From positions 47,370,001 through 47,430,000 of the forward strand of contig OZ249436.1 in assembly GCA_965235115.1 (NCBI GenBank): 60,000 nucleotides of DNA. The letters are read 5' to 3'. The position numbers and the translations under genes were made by a program. The notes under the pieces were generated by a model. The model worked only from the letters and a program-made list of their open reading frames with translations, did no database searches and had not been told where the DNA came from. This DNA is from Laetmonice hystrix. Its lineage: Eukaryota. Of this stretch, positions 1 to 12,929 are shown piece after piece (the first letter of the stretch is position 1; each line of letters opens with the position of its first letter).

Positions 1-177
1 CATGGCACAAACGGTGAGACGCAGTTATTGATTATGTTAATTACCTGACTGTAATTGTTATTAGACATGCTACATAACAACACTACTTGTATTACCGCCG
101 AGTTTGCATCAGAAACATTAGATATCATCGAGCCTTTTAACTGCGTTCACTCTAGCAAACATTTCTTTACTTAATGA

Positions 178-453
178 TGGTAAATCATAAAACTGATGCA
201 TTTGGTAAATCATAAAACTGATGCATTTGGTAAATCATAAAACTGATGCATTTGGTAAATCATAAACCTGATGCACTTGGTAAATCATAAAACTGATGCA
301 TTTGGTAAATCATAAAACTGATGCATTTGGTAAATCATAAAACTGATGCATTTGGTAAATCATAAAACTGATGAATTTGATAAATCTTAAAACTGATGCA
401 TTTAGTAAATCATAAACCTGATATACTTGGTAAATCATAAAACTGATGCATTT
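178..453. repeat. 25-bp minisatellite (TGGTAAATCATAAAACTGATGCATT), ~11 copies
   Basis: Direct tandem periodicity of 25 bp. Confidence 0.95.
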
Positions 454-698
454 CCCTGGCTAAGTTTTACTCTAGGCATAGAATCACCAGTTCTGTGACC
501 GTTGAAAGGTTCCTAAACTCCTGAGATGGTCTAGTGACTCGAACTGATGTTGAAATACCTCTCAAAGTAAATAATCCACGGCAGTCTAAAAACTGAAGGT
601 AATTCACTTACGAGTCCATAAACTGCTATGAATGTTGACAACCATGACATCATATTTAGAGTGAAGTAAGATTCTTTCACTGCTCACAACGGTTGGTT

Positions 699-901
699 GG
701 CAATGTGTCAACACTGTCCTCCCACTGGCAGCAATGTGTCAACACTGTCCTGCCACCGGTAGCAAGGTGTCAACACTGTCCTGCCACTAGTAGCAATGTG
801 TCAACACTGTCCTCCCACTAGTAGCAAGGTGTCAACACTGTCCTGCCACCAGTAGCAATGTGTCAACACTGCTCTGACACCGGTAGCAAGGTGTCAACAC
901 T
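699..901. repeat. 31-bp minisatellite (GCAATGTGTCAACACTGTCCTGCCACCAGTA), ~6.5 copies
   Basis: Tandem units at 700, 731, ... Confidence 0.95.
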
Positions 902-1411
902 CACATTCACCGCTAAAAGCATTCCCTCCCTCACGTCCAAACGCACACCTCTCTTTGAAAGGCAAACGTTTTCTTGACAAGACGATGTCCTCCAGTGAGG
1001 GGTAAGTTTGAGTGGGTGTGGGGTACTTGCCCCGCCTCAGCTGTGAGTCTGCCGGTACGATGGGCGGGGAGGACCAGAGACATCTGAAACTGACGGCCGT
1101 TCACTCAGCTCAACCTGACCATTGTCATCCCCACGCCCCGTTCACAGGGATGGGTCACGCCTTAAGGCCTGGCCACCTGGATCACACTAAGTGCCCATCA
1201 AAGTCCCTCTCCGGCACACCGCCTCAAACGACCGCTTGGGGCGCTGCCATCACGGCCCCCGCCAGCCGTTCGCCTGGACACTCGGTGCTTTAACTTCTGT
1301 CAGAGACCCCACTCTGACCTCGGCCGGGGCTTTCATGTCGCTATCTGCCCACTTACTGGCCTTAACAACGGCCCTGATAGCGGTTACCAACACATCACCG
1401 TGTTGACGTCA

Positions 1412-2310
1412 TGGGGGCCGACACTAGACCAGGCCTGGTTCAAGGCCCGCTGTGAGGGCCGACACTAGACCAGGCCTGGTTCAAGGCCCGCTGTGGGGGC
1501 CGACACTAGACCAGGCCTGGTTCAAAGCCCGCTGTGGGGGCCGACACTAGACCTGGCCTGGTTCAAGGCCCGCTGTGAGGGCCGACACTAGACCAGGCCT
1601 GGTTCAAGGCCCGCTGTGAGGGCCGACACTAGACCAGGCCTGGTTCAAGGCCCGCTGTGGGGGCCGACACTAGACCTGGCCTGGTTCAAAGCCCGCTGTG
1701 GGGGCCGACACTAGACCTGGCCTGGTTCAAGGCCCGCTGTGAGGGCCGACACTAGACCAGGCCTGGTTCAAGGCCCGCTGTGGGGGCCGACACTAGACCT
1801 GGCCTGGTTCAAAGCCCGCTGTGGGGCCGACACTAGACCAGGCCTGGTTCAAAGCCCGCTGTGGGGGCCGACACTAGACCAGGCCTGGTTCAAGGCCGGC
1901 TGTGGGGGCCGACACTAGACCTGGCCTGGTTCAAGGCCCACACTGGGGGCCGACCCTCGACCAGGCCTGGTTCAAGGCCCGCTGTGGGGGCCGACACTAG
2001 ACCTGGCCTGGTTCAAGGCCCGCTGTGGGGGCCGACACTAGACCTGGCCTGGTTCAAGGCCCGCTGTGGGGGCCGACACTAGACCTGGCCTGGTAAAAGG
2101 CCCGCAGTGGGGCCCGATACTAGACCAGGCCTGGTTCAAGGCCCGCAGTGGGGGCCAACACGAGACCAGGCCTGGTTCAAGGCCCGCAGTGGGGGCCAAC
2201 ACTAGACCAGGCCTGGGTCAAGGCCTGCTGTGGGGGCCAACACTAGACCAGGCCTGGTTCAAGGCCCGCTGTGGGGGCCGACACTAGACCTGGCCTGCGG
2301 TTCAAGGCCG
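1412..2310. repeat. 41-bp GC-rich minisatellite containing the 12-bp palindrome ACCAGGCCTGGT, ~22 copies
   Basis: Unit CCGACACTAGACCAGGCCTGGTTCAAGGCCCGCTGTGRGGG; length is not a multiple of 3, so ORFs here are artefacts. Confidence 0.95.
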
Positions 2311-2814
2311 GCTTGTCGGGAGGAAAGATTCGCCTAAAAGACTTTCTCGCTCAGACTAGTGCTTCCAGACCGACGTTACAGATTTTCACCTGATTATAGG
2401 GAGTTGGAGATTATGTAGACTAGATCTATACATCATCAAGCTACTGTTATTGAACACATTGGTATCTTCATTCGGTCCAGTTAGCACGACAAATCTGAGT
2501 GAATAAAGACTTCAAAGTCGACACACATCCGTAAACATGCAGAGATTCGGGCCGACAGGATTATACATGTATATATCATAACCTTGGTCTGACCTCCTCT
2601 CCACCTGACAAAATTAGGTGAATGTTTGCAAAATATCTTTACGGCAAAAAGGGAGTCATTTTTACGGGGAATTGTTTGTGTCCGCCCCTTTAAGTGCTAC
2701 CTAAACTATACTTTACATACATGTACATGTATATCTAACGTACTGTTCTCACGCAGAAACCAAGACCAAAGTAATAGACGTTAAATAGAAACCGATGTTA
2801 TTTGCCATCCCTGT

Positions 2815-3000
2815 TTTGTTGTTGTTCAATGATTTATTGTTGGTCAATGATTTGTTGTTGTTCAATGATTTGTTGTTCAATGATTTACTGTTCAATGATT
2901 TGGTGTAGTTCAATGATTTGTTGTTGTTCAGTGATGTGTTCTTGTTCAATGATATATTGCTGTTAAATGATTTTATTGTTGTTCACTGATTTGTTGTTTT
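2815..3000. repeat. Degenerate 15-18-bp repeat (TTGTTGTTCAATGAT)
   Basis: Repeated TTCAATGATTTGTTG motif. Confidence 0.85.
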
Positions 3001-3023
3001 GGCGAGAAGAGTGCGTAGTTTAC

Positions 3024-3527
3024 CTGCTGCGTTATCTCCAGGACCGTATCCAGAGCTGTGGGAACATTCATCATGTGTTGTTGTTGAACACTAATGCTGC
3101 TGGCGCTCTGGTCCTCAGATGAGGCACAACTGCTGCCTAAACTACTGGACAGACTATCCCTCCTGGGCTGCTCCAGTATGGGCAGCGCCGGCGGTCCACA
3201 GCCCACCATACACTGGAGGGACACCCTGGACGGGGACGTCACGTCCAGCTGTGACCCCCCGGACCCGGACTCGGTGTCCGAGGGGATCAGGTCAAAGTTC
3301 ATGGGACCGTGCTCGGACAACGCCCCGTACCTGTGGACGGTGCTTTTGTGAACGCCCGCTAGGTGGCCTGTCGCCCCAGATGGGTCTGGGGGTTGCGGAG
3401 GATCAAAAATAACTGAACTGAACAGGTGTTTACTGGGTCCCGGGTCGGTGGTGAGGAGCTGGTCGTAAGTGATTGATCCGAAACGTTTCGATCCCACACT
3501 GACCTCCTGGTTCATGGACCCTGCCAT
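3024..3527 (-). CDS. Putative coding exon (probably first coding exon or alternative N-terminus, ~168 aa, Ser/Pro-rich) of an unidentified minus-strand gene
   Basis: Non-repetitive open frame MAGSMNQEVSVGSKRF...PRRDSLSSS...ALDTVLEITQQ inside ORF 2973-3572; protein-like composition; ends in a phase-0 CAG|GTAAAC donor at 3024/3023; no domain recognised; 5' boundary uncertain. Confidence 0.6.
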
Positions 3528-3571
3528 GTACTGAGCCAAACTCACGTACGTACACATCGTATGCTGTATCA

Positions 3572-4103
3572 CTACTCACACATTAGTCCAGTATAACAGT
3601 GCTCAAACATTAGTAGGTATCCGTCCAGTATAACAGTGCTCAAACATTAGTAGGTATCCGTCCAGTATAACAGTGCTCAAACATTAGTAGGTATCCGTCC
3701 AGTATAACAGTGCTCAAACATTAGTAGGTATCCGTCCAGTATAACACTACTCAAACATCAGTAGGTATCCGTCCAGCATAACAGTGCTCAAACATTAGTA
3801 GGTATCCGTCCCGTATGATACTGCTCAAACATTAGTAGGTATCCGTCCTATAACACTGCTCAAACATTAGTAGGTATCCGTCCTATAACACTGCTCAAAC
3901 ATTAGTAGGTATCCGTCCTATAACACTGCTCAAACATTAGTAGGTATCCGTCCTATAACACTGCTCAAACATTAGTAGGTATCCGTCCTATAACACTGCT
4001 CAAACATTAGTAGGTATCCGTCCTATAACACTGCTCAAACATTAGTAGGTATCCGTCCATGCAGTATAACACTGCTCAAACATTAGTAGGTATCCGTCCA
4101 GTA
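3572..4103. repeat. 37/35-bp minisatellite (CAGTATAACAGTGCTCAAACATTAGTAGGTATCCGTC), ~14 copies
   Basis: Tandem units; later copies lack 2 bp. Confidence 0.95.
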
Positions 4104-5169
4104 TGTAACAGACCTACAAAAACCACAGGAATTCTAATGTTGTAGAGAATCATGCGTGCCGTCGGCTGCAGGAACTCCAGTCCTGTCTTTCTGATGTACG
4201 GAGTTAATTAAGGCACTAGAATATTATGTGAGTTTACTTGGCGCTGAAAGCTGACCGTCTTCATGAAAATATCGATCTTGATCTTCTGTATGGATAATTT
4301 ATATAAACGGCACACGATGAACTAGAAGATGGACATGTTCGTAAACTATAGCTATACACAGCTTCTTTTGTTCTGTTTCCTCTTATTTACAAAAAGTAAC
4401 AGTATAGCAGGTATCGTATTGTTGTCTCTGGTTTCCTGTAGCAGATGTTGCCAGTAATATTTTGTTGGCGGCAGGGTTGTATTGAGGCCTCATCCTCCTG
4501 AGAAGGACCTAGCGTGTCTCCAGCATACAGAGACCGTTTTCGGTGAGGTCAGTGGCCACGTTTTGAGCTGACCGGGAGACTGAACACCCTCTGTCCACAG
4601 GGCTAGGGGTCTCAGGTGTGGTGTGTGGTGTGTGTTACCTGATCCTAGGTGACAGGTGCTTTCCTCCTCGGAGACTTTCCATTACAACCTGTCAGAGCGC
4701 GCTCCAGTGGTTGCAAACCCGGGGCAGGCCTCAGCTCTCTCAGTGTCCACACAACCCTTCCCTCATCATCCCGGCACTCCATCTCAACCAAAACCAGGCG
4801 GGTCTGGTCACTAATCGTCAGCGTCCATCTGACAACAGTAACTTTTCCGGACGTTTCAAACACAGATGGCGGACCTCAAATAGATCTGAGTCTAATCGTT
4901 ACGGACAACTCTGCACGTACCGACTGGAGGAAATCAACACCGACCCCACTCCAGGGTCTTCACCGGGCTCGGAACTCCAGTATCCGGCTTCTCCAGCGTG
5001 TCAATGGCCTCACAGACCGAGTTTTGGGTGTCTCACGATCAGCTTCATTCACACCGATGTAATGTTCATTGACGACTAGGTGACTGCCATGTATTATTGA
5101 AACACACCTCCTGCTGCCGTGTTACCGTGTCACCAGCGGGGTGTGACTGCCACCGCCCGTCGCCGCCAC

Positions 5170-5420
5170 GGCCGGGGCTGAGGCTGAGGCTGAGGCCAGG
5201 GTAGTCTGGGGCTGAGGCCGGGGCTGAGGCCGGGGCTGAGGCCGGGGCTGAGGATACGGTGGCCCGGGGCTGAGGCCGGGGTGGCCCGGGGCTGAGGATG
5301 CGGTGGCCCGGGGCTGAGGCCGGAGCTGAGGCCGGGGTTGCCCGGGGCTGAGGATGCGGTGACCCGGGGCTGCGGTGGCCCGGGGCTGAGGCCGGAGCTG
5401 AGGCCGGGGTTGCCCAGGCT
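5170..5420. repeat. GC-rich degenerate repeat (GGCCGGGGCTGA and variants)
   Basis: 6- and 12-bp periodicity. Confidence 0.9.
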
Positions 5421-5898
5421 GTCCCTGCCGTACCAGCAGTATCTCCGCTGCTCCGAGCCGAGCCAAGCCAGGCCCCGTGCGATCCTACATGACCGCCGCT
5501 TTAAGTCAGATCCTCCTCCTGCTCCTCCTCCTCCAGCGCCTACTTCAGCAGGCTCCGCCGCCGGCCGCCACAGAACACAGAGATCATGTTCACCGTGGGG
5601 TTGCCGTGACGCTGCCTCCCTGGCCTGCTCCGGCCGCCTCTGTCCAGTCAGGAACCCGTGTCATGATACTCTCCTCACCGTCCTCCACTCCCGCTCAGGT
5701 ATGACCCAGCTGTCCTTTCCATGCCACCAACTGTTATTGTCATCCAAGCTGCCGTTTCCCTCTCCCCCGATAGTCCAGCCCCCTCATACATATTCATAGG
5801 CTGCCTCCTGACTCGCTCACTCAGTGGGCGATGTCTGGTAATTGCCGTGTTCCTCCTCCTGTGTAAAGACGGCAGTGGCTGCGCTCCCGGAGAGTTCT

Positions 5899-6276
5899 CC
5901 GCTCTGACAGTGACACTGGCCGTGGTTACAGTACCACTGACAGCTGTACTTCCCGTCCTATCACCACTCCACCCTCGTCTTCATACCTTCACTCCGCTCT
6001 GACAGTGACACTGGCCGTGGTTACAGTACCACTGACAGCTGTACTTCCCGTCCTATCACCACTCTACCCTCGTCTTCATACCTTCACACCGCTCTGACAG
6101 TGACACTGGCCGTGGTTACAGTACCACTGACAGCTGTACTTCCCGTCCTATCACCACTCCATCCTCGTCTTCATACCTTCACACCGCTCTGACAGTGACA
6201 CTGGCCGTGGTTACAGTACCACTGACAGCTGTACTTCCCGTCCTATCACCACTCGACCCTCGTCTTCATACCTTCA
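5899..6276. repeat. 95-bp tandem repeat, 4 copies
   Basis: Units begin CCGCTCTGACAGTGACACTGG at 5899, 5994, ... Confidence 0.95.
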
Positions 6277-6362
6277 GTTCACTCCGAGCTCGGCCACTGG
6301 CACGACATGCTACGGTACCTTCACATATTGATCAGGCAATCAGAGGCTGTAAGACCAGCACT

Positions 6363-6582
6363 TGAGGAGGAGGTGGAGGAGGAGGAGGTGGAGGAGGAGG
6401 AGGGGAGGGGCAGGGGGAGGGGCAGGAAGAGGAGGGGCAGGAGGAGGAGGGGCAGGAGGATCAGGAGGATCAGAAGGAGGAGCAGGAGGAGGAGGAGCAG
6501 GAGGATGAAGAGGAGGAGGGGCAGGAGGAGGAGGAAGAGAGTAAGGAGGGGAAGGAGGAGGAGAGACAGAGGACGAGGACGA
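6363..6582. repeat. Degenerate (GGA)n polypurine microsatellite
   Basis: GGA/GAG runs. Confidence 0.9.
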
Positions 6583-7569
6583 GATTGCTGGGATATGCTC
6601 CTACAGACAGCCCACCTTGGCCGCACCTACACCTGAATATTCCAGTAGCAAACTGAACAGCCTGGTAGCTGAAGGTGTGTGTGTGTCGGAGGGGGAGCCT
6701 GAGTGGCAATGCGTAGTTTATTGGAAGCTCAGCGTGTTGCTGTCTATATATCGATTCTCGTCTCCTCACATGGCTGGCCCTGACTTACTGGAGTCAGCTC
6801 AGTGCAAAACGACTATCTGGACCCTCCCTGGGCGGTTTCCCTCCGGGCGGGGCGTGAGGGTGGGTGGGGTCGAAATGGACCAGCCCTTCCCACGGTCCCT
6901 ACAATGACTCTCTCTCCCGATACGAAGCAGGGCGAGGGGTCGGAATGTTTCCTGGGCTCGACACCAAGTACCTGTGAGCGTCCGGGAAATCCTTGGTAAT
7001 TCCTACATTGATATTCCGCGCAGTTCGCGCCCTACAAAACAGGTTACCCTTGAGGACAGGGGATATATCAACCTGGGTCGTACCGTTCTCAAGGTCACTT
7101 TGGATTCAAGCATCTGTTAGCATGACCTATCGGTTCATTACGAAACCATCTCGATATCAACTTCATAACATCATGGTGTTTATCAATAAATGTCGGATTG
7201 AAAATATTGATAGGGTTCATGATATCTTCTCATATTTATACATTCAAGCACTCACTGACAATAATGTTACATTTTAGAGCTGATTTACACTGTCATTCTG
7301 TTTTATTGAAGACTACAGATCAACCAAATGTCCGGATGTTCTCCAGCAAGCGTACACATTCAGTGTTCGGGTAATGCTATCGGTACCACTCCTGGGTTAT
7401 AGTCCACATTGTCGGCGCGAAATTGGGGGTCATGGGCCAGGGGTCACAGGGGTATAGTGGTGTATTTTTTTGGAGGGGGGGAGGGGAGGTATCTACTCCG
7501 GGGGTATGGTTTTCCTCCAAACTTTGACACCTGCTGATTCTTATGCGTCTTCTGCATCTGAAAAGTATT

Positions 7570-8075
7570 TTCTCACCCCGTTCTGGGAGTTCCTCTCACC
7601 CCGTTCTGGGAGTTTCTCTCACCCCGTTCTGGGAGTTTCTCTCGCCCCATTCTGGGAGTTTCTCTCGCCCCGTTCTGGGAGTTCCTCTCACCCCGTTCTG
7701 GGAGTTTCTCCCACCCCGTTCTGGGAGTTTCTCTCGCCCCATTCTGGGAGTTTCTCTCGCCCCATTCTGGGAGTTTCTCTCGCCCCGTTCTGGGAGTTCC
7801 TCTCACCCCGTTCTGGGAGTTTCTCTCATCCCTTTCTGGGAGTTTCTCTCACCTCATTCTGTGAGTGTTCGCGCCCCATTCTTGGAGTTTCTCTCGCCCC
7901 GTTCTGGGAGTTCCTCTCACCCCGTTCTGGGAGTTTCTCTCGCCCCGTTCTGGGAGTTCCTCTCACCCCGTTCTGGGAGTTTCTCTCACCTCATTCTGGG
8001 AGTTTTCGCGCCCCGTTCTGGCAGTTTCTCATCCCCCGTTCTGGCAGTTTCTCACCCTCCACTCTGGGAGTTTTT
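7570..8075. repeat. 23-bp minisatellite (TCTCACCCCGTTCTGGGAGTTYC), ~22 copies
   Basis: Tandem periodicity of 23 bp. Confidence 0.95.
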
Positions 8076-8334
8076 ACTGCCAACCAGCAATCTCCCCACT
8101 AAACCAGATCCTGGCGCACTCAATGATTCCAGGCGTAATCGGGGTTTTGTGTTTGTTTTAGTGCGGAGAACAACTTTGGCACCACTCTCTATTACAATGT
8201 ACTGAGTACAGGGCACGTTGAGAGATGGCTTTCTGCCAATATCGTGGGAGACCTCACCACAGTAAGAGACACGCCAGGGCAGCCATATAGTGGTGCCACG
8301 TGTACCTGGGCATGCAGGTCTGCAGGCATACCAT

Positions 8335-8485
8335 TGGCCGGGCCTGTAAAAAGGCTAGGGTTAGGATCAAGGCTATGGTCAGTTAGGGTTAGGGACAGGT
8401 TTTGGGGGAGGTCTGGGGACTGGGACAAGGGGTGGGGGTTAGGTTTGGGTATGAGAACAGTGATAAATTTGTTGGGTTAGGTTAG
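8335..8485 (-). mobile_element. Copy of the dispersed CCCTAA-core short element (partial)
   Basis: Reverse complement carries TTTATCACTGTTCTCATACCCAAACCTAACCCC and GTCCCAGTCCCCAGACCTCC (8407-8426), matching motifs at 33738 and 45404. Confidence 0.65.
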
Positions 8486-8529
8486 GAGCGGTCTACACAT
8501 ATCCAACCCGTTATGGTACACTTCAATAA

Positions 8530-8775
8530 TTGGGCTTGCACTCACACCCCGGTATTTGAGGGCTTGCACTCACATACCGGTATTTTTGGCTTGCACTCAC
8601 ACGCCCGTACTTTTGGGATTGCACTCACACATCGGTATTTTTGGACTTGCACTCACACCCCGGTATTTGAGGGCTTGCATTCACACACTGGTATTTTTGG
8701 GCTTGCACTCATACGCCCGTATTTTTGGGATTGCACTCACACACCCATATTTCTGGGCTTGTACTCACACACGTG
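8530..8775. repeat. ~28-bp minisatellite (GGGCTTGCACTCACACCCCGGTATTTGA)
   Basis: Tandem degenerate units. Confidence 0.9.
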
Positions 8776-8969
8776 TTCTCACCCACCTACTGAATCTACG
8801 CTATCCTCCCATTATGGTAACGGGGCCTATTGTTGAATAGGCAGTCACCAACATAAACATGCCATCACACAGACACAAAAAAAATCTAATACAACTCTGT
8901 GGTTTCTCGACACGGCCGTCTCGCTGCCAACAAACGAGATTTGATTAGATCACGTGACCCCGTCCTTCC

Positions 8970-9712
8970 TACCAACGTAAACACATATCAAGAGATACAT
9001 CACTGCCTTCCCGTACATTTACAACCAACCTAAACACATATCAAGAGATACATCACTGCCTTCCTGTACATTTACAACCGACCTAAACACATATCAAGAG
9101 ATACCTCACTGCCTTCCCGTACATTTACAACCAACCTAAACACATATCAAGAGATACATCATTGCCTTCCCGTACATTTACAACCAACCTAAACACATAT
9201 CAAGAGATACATCACTGCCTTCCCGTACATTTACAACCAACCTAAACACATATCAAGAGATACATCACTGCCTTCCCGTACATTTACAACCAACCTAAAC
9301 ACATATCAAGAGATACATCACTGCCTTCCCGTACATTTACAACCAACCTAAACACATATCAAGAGATACATCACTGCCTTCCCGTACATTTACAACCAAC
9401 CTAAACACATATCAAGAGATACATCACTGCCTTCCCGTACATTTACAACCAACCTAAACACATATCAAGAGATACCTCACTGCCTTCCCGTACATTTACA
9501 ACCAACCTAAACACATATCAAGAGATACATCATTGCCTTCCCGTACATTTACAACCAACCTAAACACATATCAAGAGATACATCACTGCCTTCCCGTACA
9601 TTTACAACCAACCTAAACACATATCAAGAGATACCTCACTGCCTTCCCGTACATTTACAACCAACCTAAACACATATCAAGAGATACATCACTGCCTTCC
9701 CGTACATTTACA
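8970..9712. repeat. 53-bp minisatellite, ~14 copies
   Basis: Unit AAACACATATCAAGAGATACATCACTGCCTTCCCGTACATTTACAACCAACCT. Confidence 0.95.
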
Positions 9713-10310
9713 AAACAAAATCAAATATTTACGAAACAATTACGCATATCGCCATCCTTGATCTATGTCATGCATTGCGCAATTAATATTTTCAAGAGGA
9801 ATCAAGTCAAATGTTTATGAAACGCAATATCTAGCATGCTCCACGATACCATTGGAGGTGAGAAAATATTTGGTTATACTATGTCAGTAGTTGATACATT
9901 GTGTTGAATGGGAGCTCAGCTGTCTCGTTACTCATCCTGCTTTATTGTATAGTGGATGGCATCCTCTATGTGTATGCTAACGTTCTCGATAAACTGTCAA
10001 CTTAATAATCTTCCTCACATAAATATCTCTATACGCCTCCTCATCTATTCTCTCGCAATCATGTTGATAATCTATTTAGGCCGAGGCAATCTTTCCCTCG
10101 GATATCACGTCCAATTTCTTGAATTTATTCTAAGAAACTGTAATAACCTAATTACTACCCAAGAAATGTGCTTGCACTATCTATGTAAATATACATTAGC
10201 GATCTTCCAAGACAATTAATAAGATCTCTGCACTATTATTTCATACTTCACAGAGTAATGTACCTGCAGGAGAAAGAACTTTTGAAATTATCAGTCCTCC
10301 GTCTTTCGGT

Positions 10311-11031
10311 TCCAGAACCACGGAACATACCTATGATATGTTTGTACCATGGTGTGCCAGAACCACGGAACACACCTATGACATGTTTGTACCATGGTGT
10401 GCCAGAACCACGGAACATACCTATGACATATTTGTACCATGGTGTACCAGAACCACAGAACGAACCTATGACATGTTTGTACCATGGTGTATCAGAACCA
10501 CAGAACATACCTATGACATGTTTGTACCATGGTGTACCAGAACCACGGAACAGACCTATGACATGTTTGTACCATGGTGTGCCAGAACCACGGAACATAC
10601 CTATGACATGTTTGTACCATGGTGTACCAGAACCACGGAACATACCTATGACATGTTTGTACCATGGTGTGCCAGAACCACGGAACATACCTATGATATG
10701 TTTGTACCATGGTGTGCCAGAACCACAGAACATACCTATGACATAATTGTACCATGGTGTGCCAGAACCACGGAACATACCTATGGCATGTTTGTACCAT
10801 GGTGTACCAGAACCACGGAACATACCTATGACATGTTTGTACCATGGTGTACCAGAACCACGGAACATACCTATGACATGTTTGTACCATGGTGTGCCAG
10901 AACCACGGAACAAACCTATGACATGTTTCTACCGTGGTGTACTAGAACTACGGAACATACCTATGACATGTTTGTACCATGGTGTGCCAGAACCACGGAA
11001 CATACCTATGACATGTTTGTACCATGGTGTG
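10311..11031. repeat. 45-bp minisatellite, ~16 copies
   Basis: Unit CCAGAACCACGGAACATACCTATGACATGTTTGTACCATGGTGTG; gives 15-aa repeat ORFs on both strands. Confidence 0.95.
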
Positions 11032-11496
11032 TCACTCATTCACCATCTGAATCTGGGAGAAAGTAAGAATTTTTCCAACGGTTCCATCCATCAATTCCAG
11101 TCTGGTTGTCCTATTCCTTCCACACAACAACCAGGAAATCAACCGTGGATTTTACATCCCACGACAGCAGTTTTTTACCCCCCCCCCCCCCCAGTTTTTT
11201 AAATGCCCCCTGAAAGGTGTGCTGTTATAACAAGAGTTGAATAAACACCTAAAGCGACGTAAATCCGTGTTTTTACTGGACCCACCAGGCATGATTTACA
11301 GCATATTGGAGAATCTCAGATGTTTACATTCGGAACACATTACTCTGATGGATTATTCTCTGATGTACGACGTGTTCAGGCTGGGACGGGCCGAGGTAGA
11401 AACCAGCCTTAAAAAATCTGTTGAGATTTCATATTCCGTGTTCTTCTTTCAGTCTTACCCACACAGCTGCTGGACAGATGGTCAAATCATGACAGA

Positions 11497-12268
11497 CCAA
11501 GGGTTGTCCACGTGGGAACATTCCCGAATTTGGGGTTAGGGTCAGGGTTAGGGTCAAGGTTAGGGTTAGGGGCTGCATAGAAATCGCGAAAGTTTTGAAG
11601 GTCTGGGGGTCGTGAATGGGTGTAGTAAGTACTGACCACGATATTATGAGTGCTCACCGCCAGTTTCCGTGTCTGGGGGGCATGAATGGGTGTAGTAAGT
11701 ACTGGTAGATTATGAGTGCTCACCGCCAGTTTTCGTGTCTGGGGGCCATGAATGGGTGTAGTAAGTAGTGATAGATTATGAGTGCTCACCGCCAGTTTTC
11801 GTGTCTGGGGGCCATGAATGGGTGTAGTAAGTAGTGATAGATTATGAGTGCTCACCGCCAGTTTTCGTGTCTGGGGGCCATGAATGGGTGTAGTAAGTAG
11901 TGATAGATTATGAGTGCTCACCGCCAGTTTCCGTGTCTGGGGGCCATGAATGGGTGTAGTAAGTAGTGATAGATTATGAGTGCTCACCGCCAGTTTCCGT
12001 GTCTGGGGCCATGAATGGGTGTAGTAAGTAGTGATAGATTATGAGTGCTCACCGCCAGTTTCCGTGTCTGGGGGGCATGAATGGGTGTAGTAAGTACTGG
12101 TAGATTATGAGTGCTCACCGCCAGTTTTCGTGTCTGGGGGCCATGAATGGGTGTAGTAAGTACTGATAGATTATGAGTGCTCACCGCCAGTTTTCGTGTC
12201 GTAGTAAGTAGTAGTAAGTAGTAAGTAGAATGGGTAAGTTTCCATGGATGATACCATGGGGGACCTAA
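11497..12268 (-). mobile_element. Copy of the CCCTAA-core element expanded by an internal 66-bp minisatellite (11600-12200, ~9 copies)
   Basis: TTAGGG-like tract at 11530-11570, a GGTCTGGGGG motif, and ends resembling those of the copy at 33645-33850. Confidence 0.6.
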
Positions 12269-12671
12269 CAATCCAAGTGATAAGTACTCCTCTGATTGTA
12301 AGTCCTTGTCCTCAGATTTTGCTCTGGATGAAACAACACAAGAGCGTGGTGAGGCAGTCCTTCAGACAGTCATTGTCTGCTATGGCTGCGAGCTGCAGCC
12401 TTCGGGGACAAAGTGTTATATCATTGTACTGAATAACAATCAATTCTGATGGAAAGATATTTCACAGCACTTATTCTTCCACGATTCGCCGAGTAAAGAA
12501 TAGTCAAAGCTTTCATTATTCTCACTCACAATATCCTTTAAGGGCTTCAAAAAGATGCCAGTCTCGAAAAGAAAATGCCTTCCTTTTAATAATGCTCCTT
12601 CTTTTTACACTGCGCCAGTAATACAACATCACGGCTCGATAGATATACGACCGTCTTTTTACGGCTTTCAG

Positions 12672-12883
12672 TCCCTCACAGTCCGCAAGGCTTCACAGCC
12701 AAACCGACCCTCACAGTCCGCCAGGCTTCACAGCCAAACCGACCCTCACAGTCCGCCAGGCTTCACAGCCAAACCGACCCTCACAGTCCGCCAGGCTTCA
12801 CAGCCAAACCGACCCTCACAGTCCGCCAGGCTTCACAGCCAAACCGACCCTCACAGTCCGCCAGGCTTCACAGCCAAACCGAC
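12672..12883. repeat. 35-bp minisatellite (CCCTCACAGTCCGCCAGGCTTCACAGCCAAACCGA), 6 copies
   Basis: Near-perfect tandem units. Confidence 0.95.
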
Positions 12884-12929
12884 AGGGGTTCCCTTTGAAA
12901 CCAGATTTCCGATCCTAATTACCCTGTAC

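Larger units (their letters stand above)
4440..7000. other. GC/CpG-rich stretch upstream (minus-strand sense) of the 3024-3527 exon; possible promoter or 5'UTR region
   Basis: High GC and CpG with GCC/GGA runs; no frame stays open over its length; function is inferred only. Confidence 0.3.

Noticed and set aside
3024..3527. Assigning a gene name (loose resemblance of the RRDS region to the PDE4 UCR1 RRES motif)
   Set aside because: The conserved FLYRSDSD continuation is absent; the similarity is at low-complexity level only.
4618..6000. Plus- and minus-strand ORFs in the GC-rich region
   Set aside because: No frame stays open across it, there is no recognisable domain, and ORF lengths fit high GC content.
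10248..11202. Overlapping 15-aa-repeat ORFs on both strands
   Set aside because: The 45-bp unit is open in multiple frames, with no codon-position bias or exon structure.
11530..11570. Interstitial telomere (TTAGGG)n
   Set aside because: Tracts are short, degenerate and embedded in the dispersed element family.
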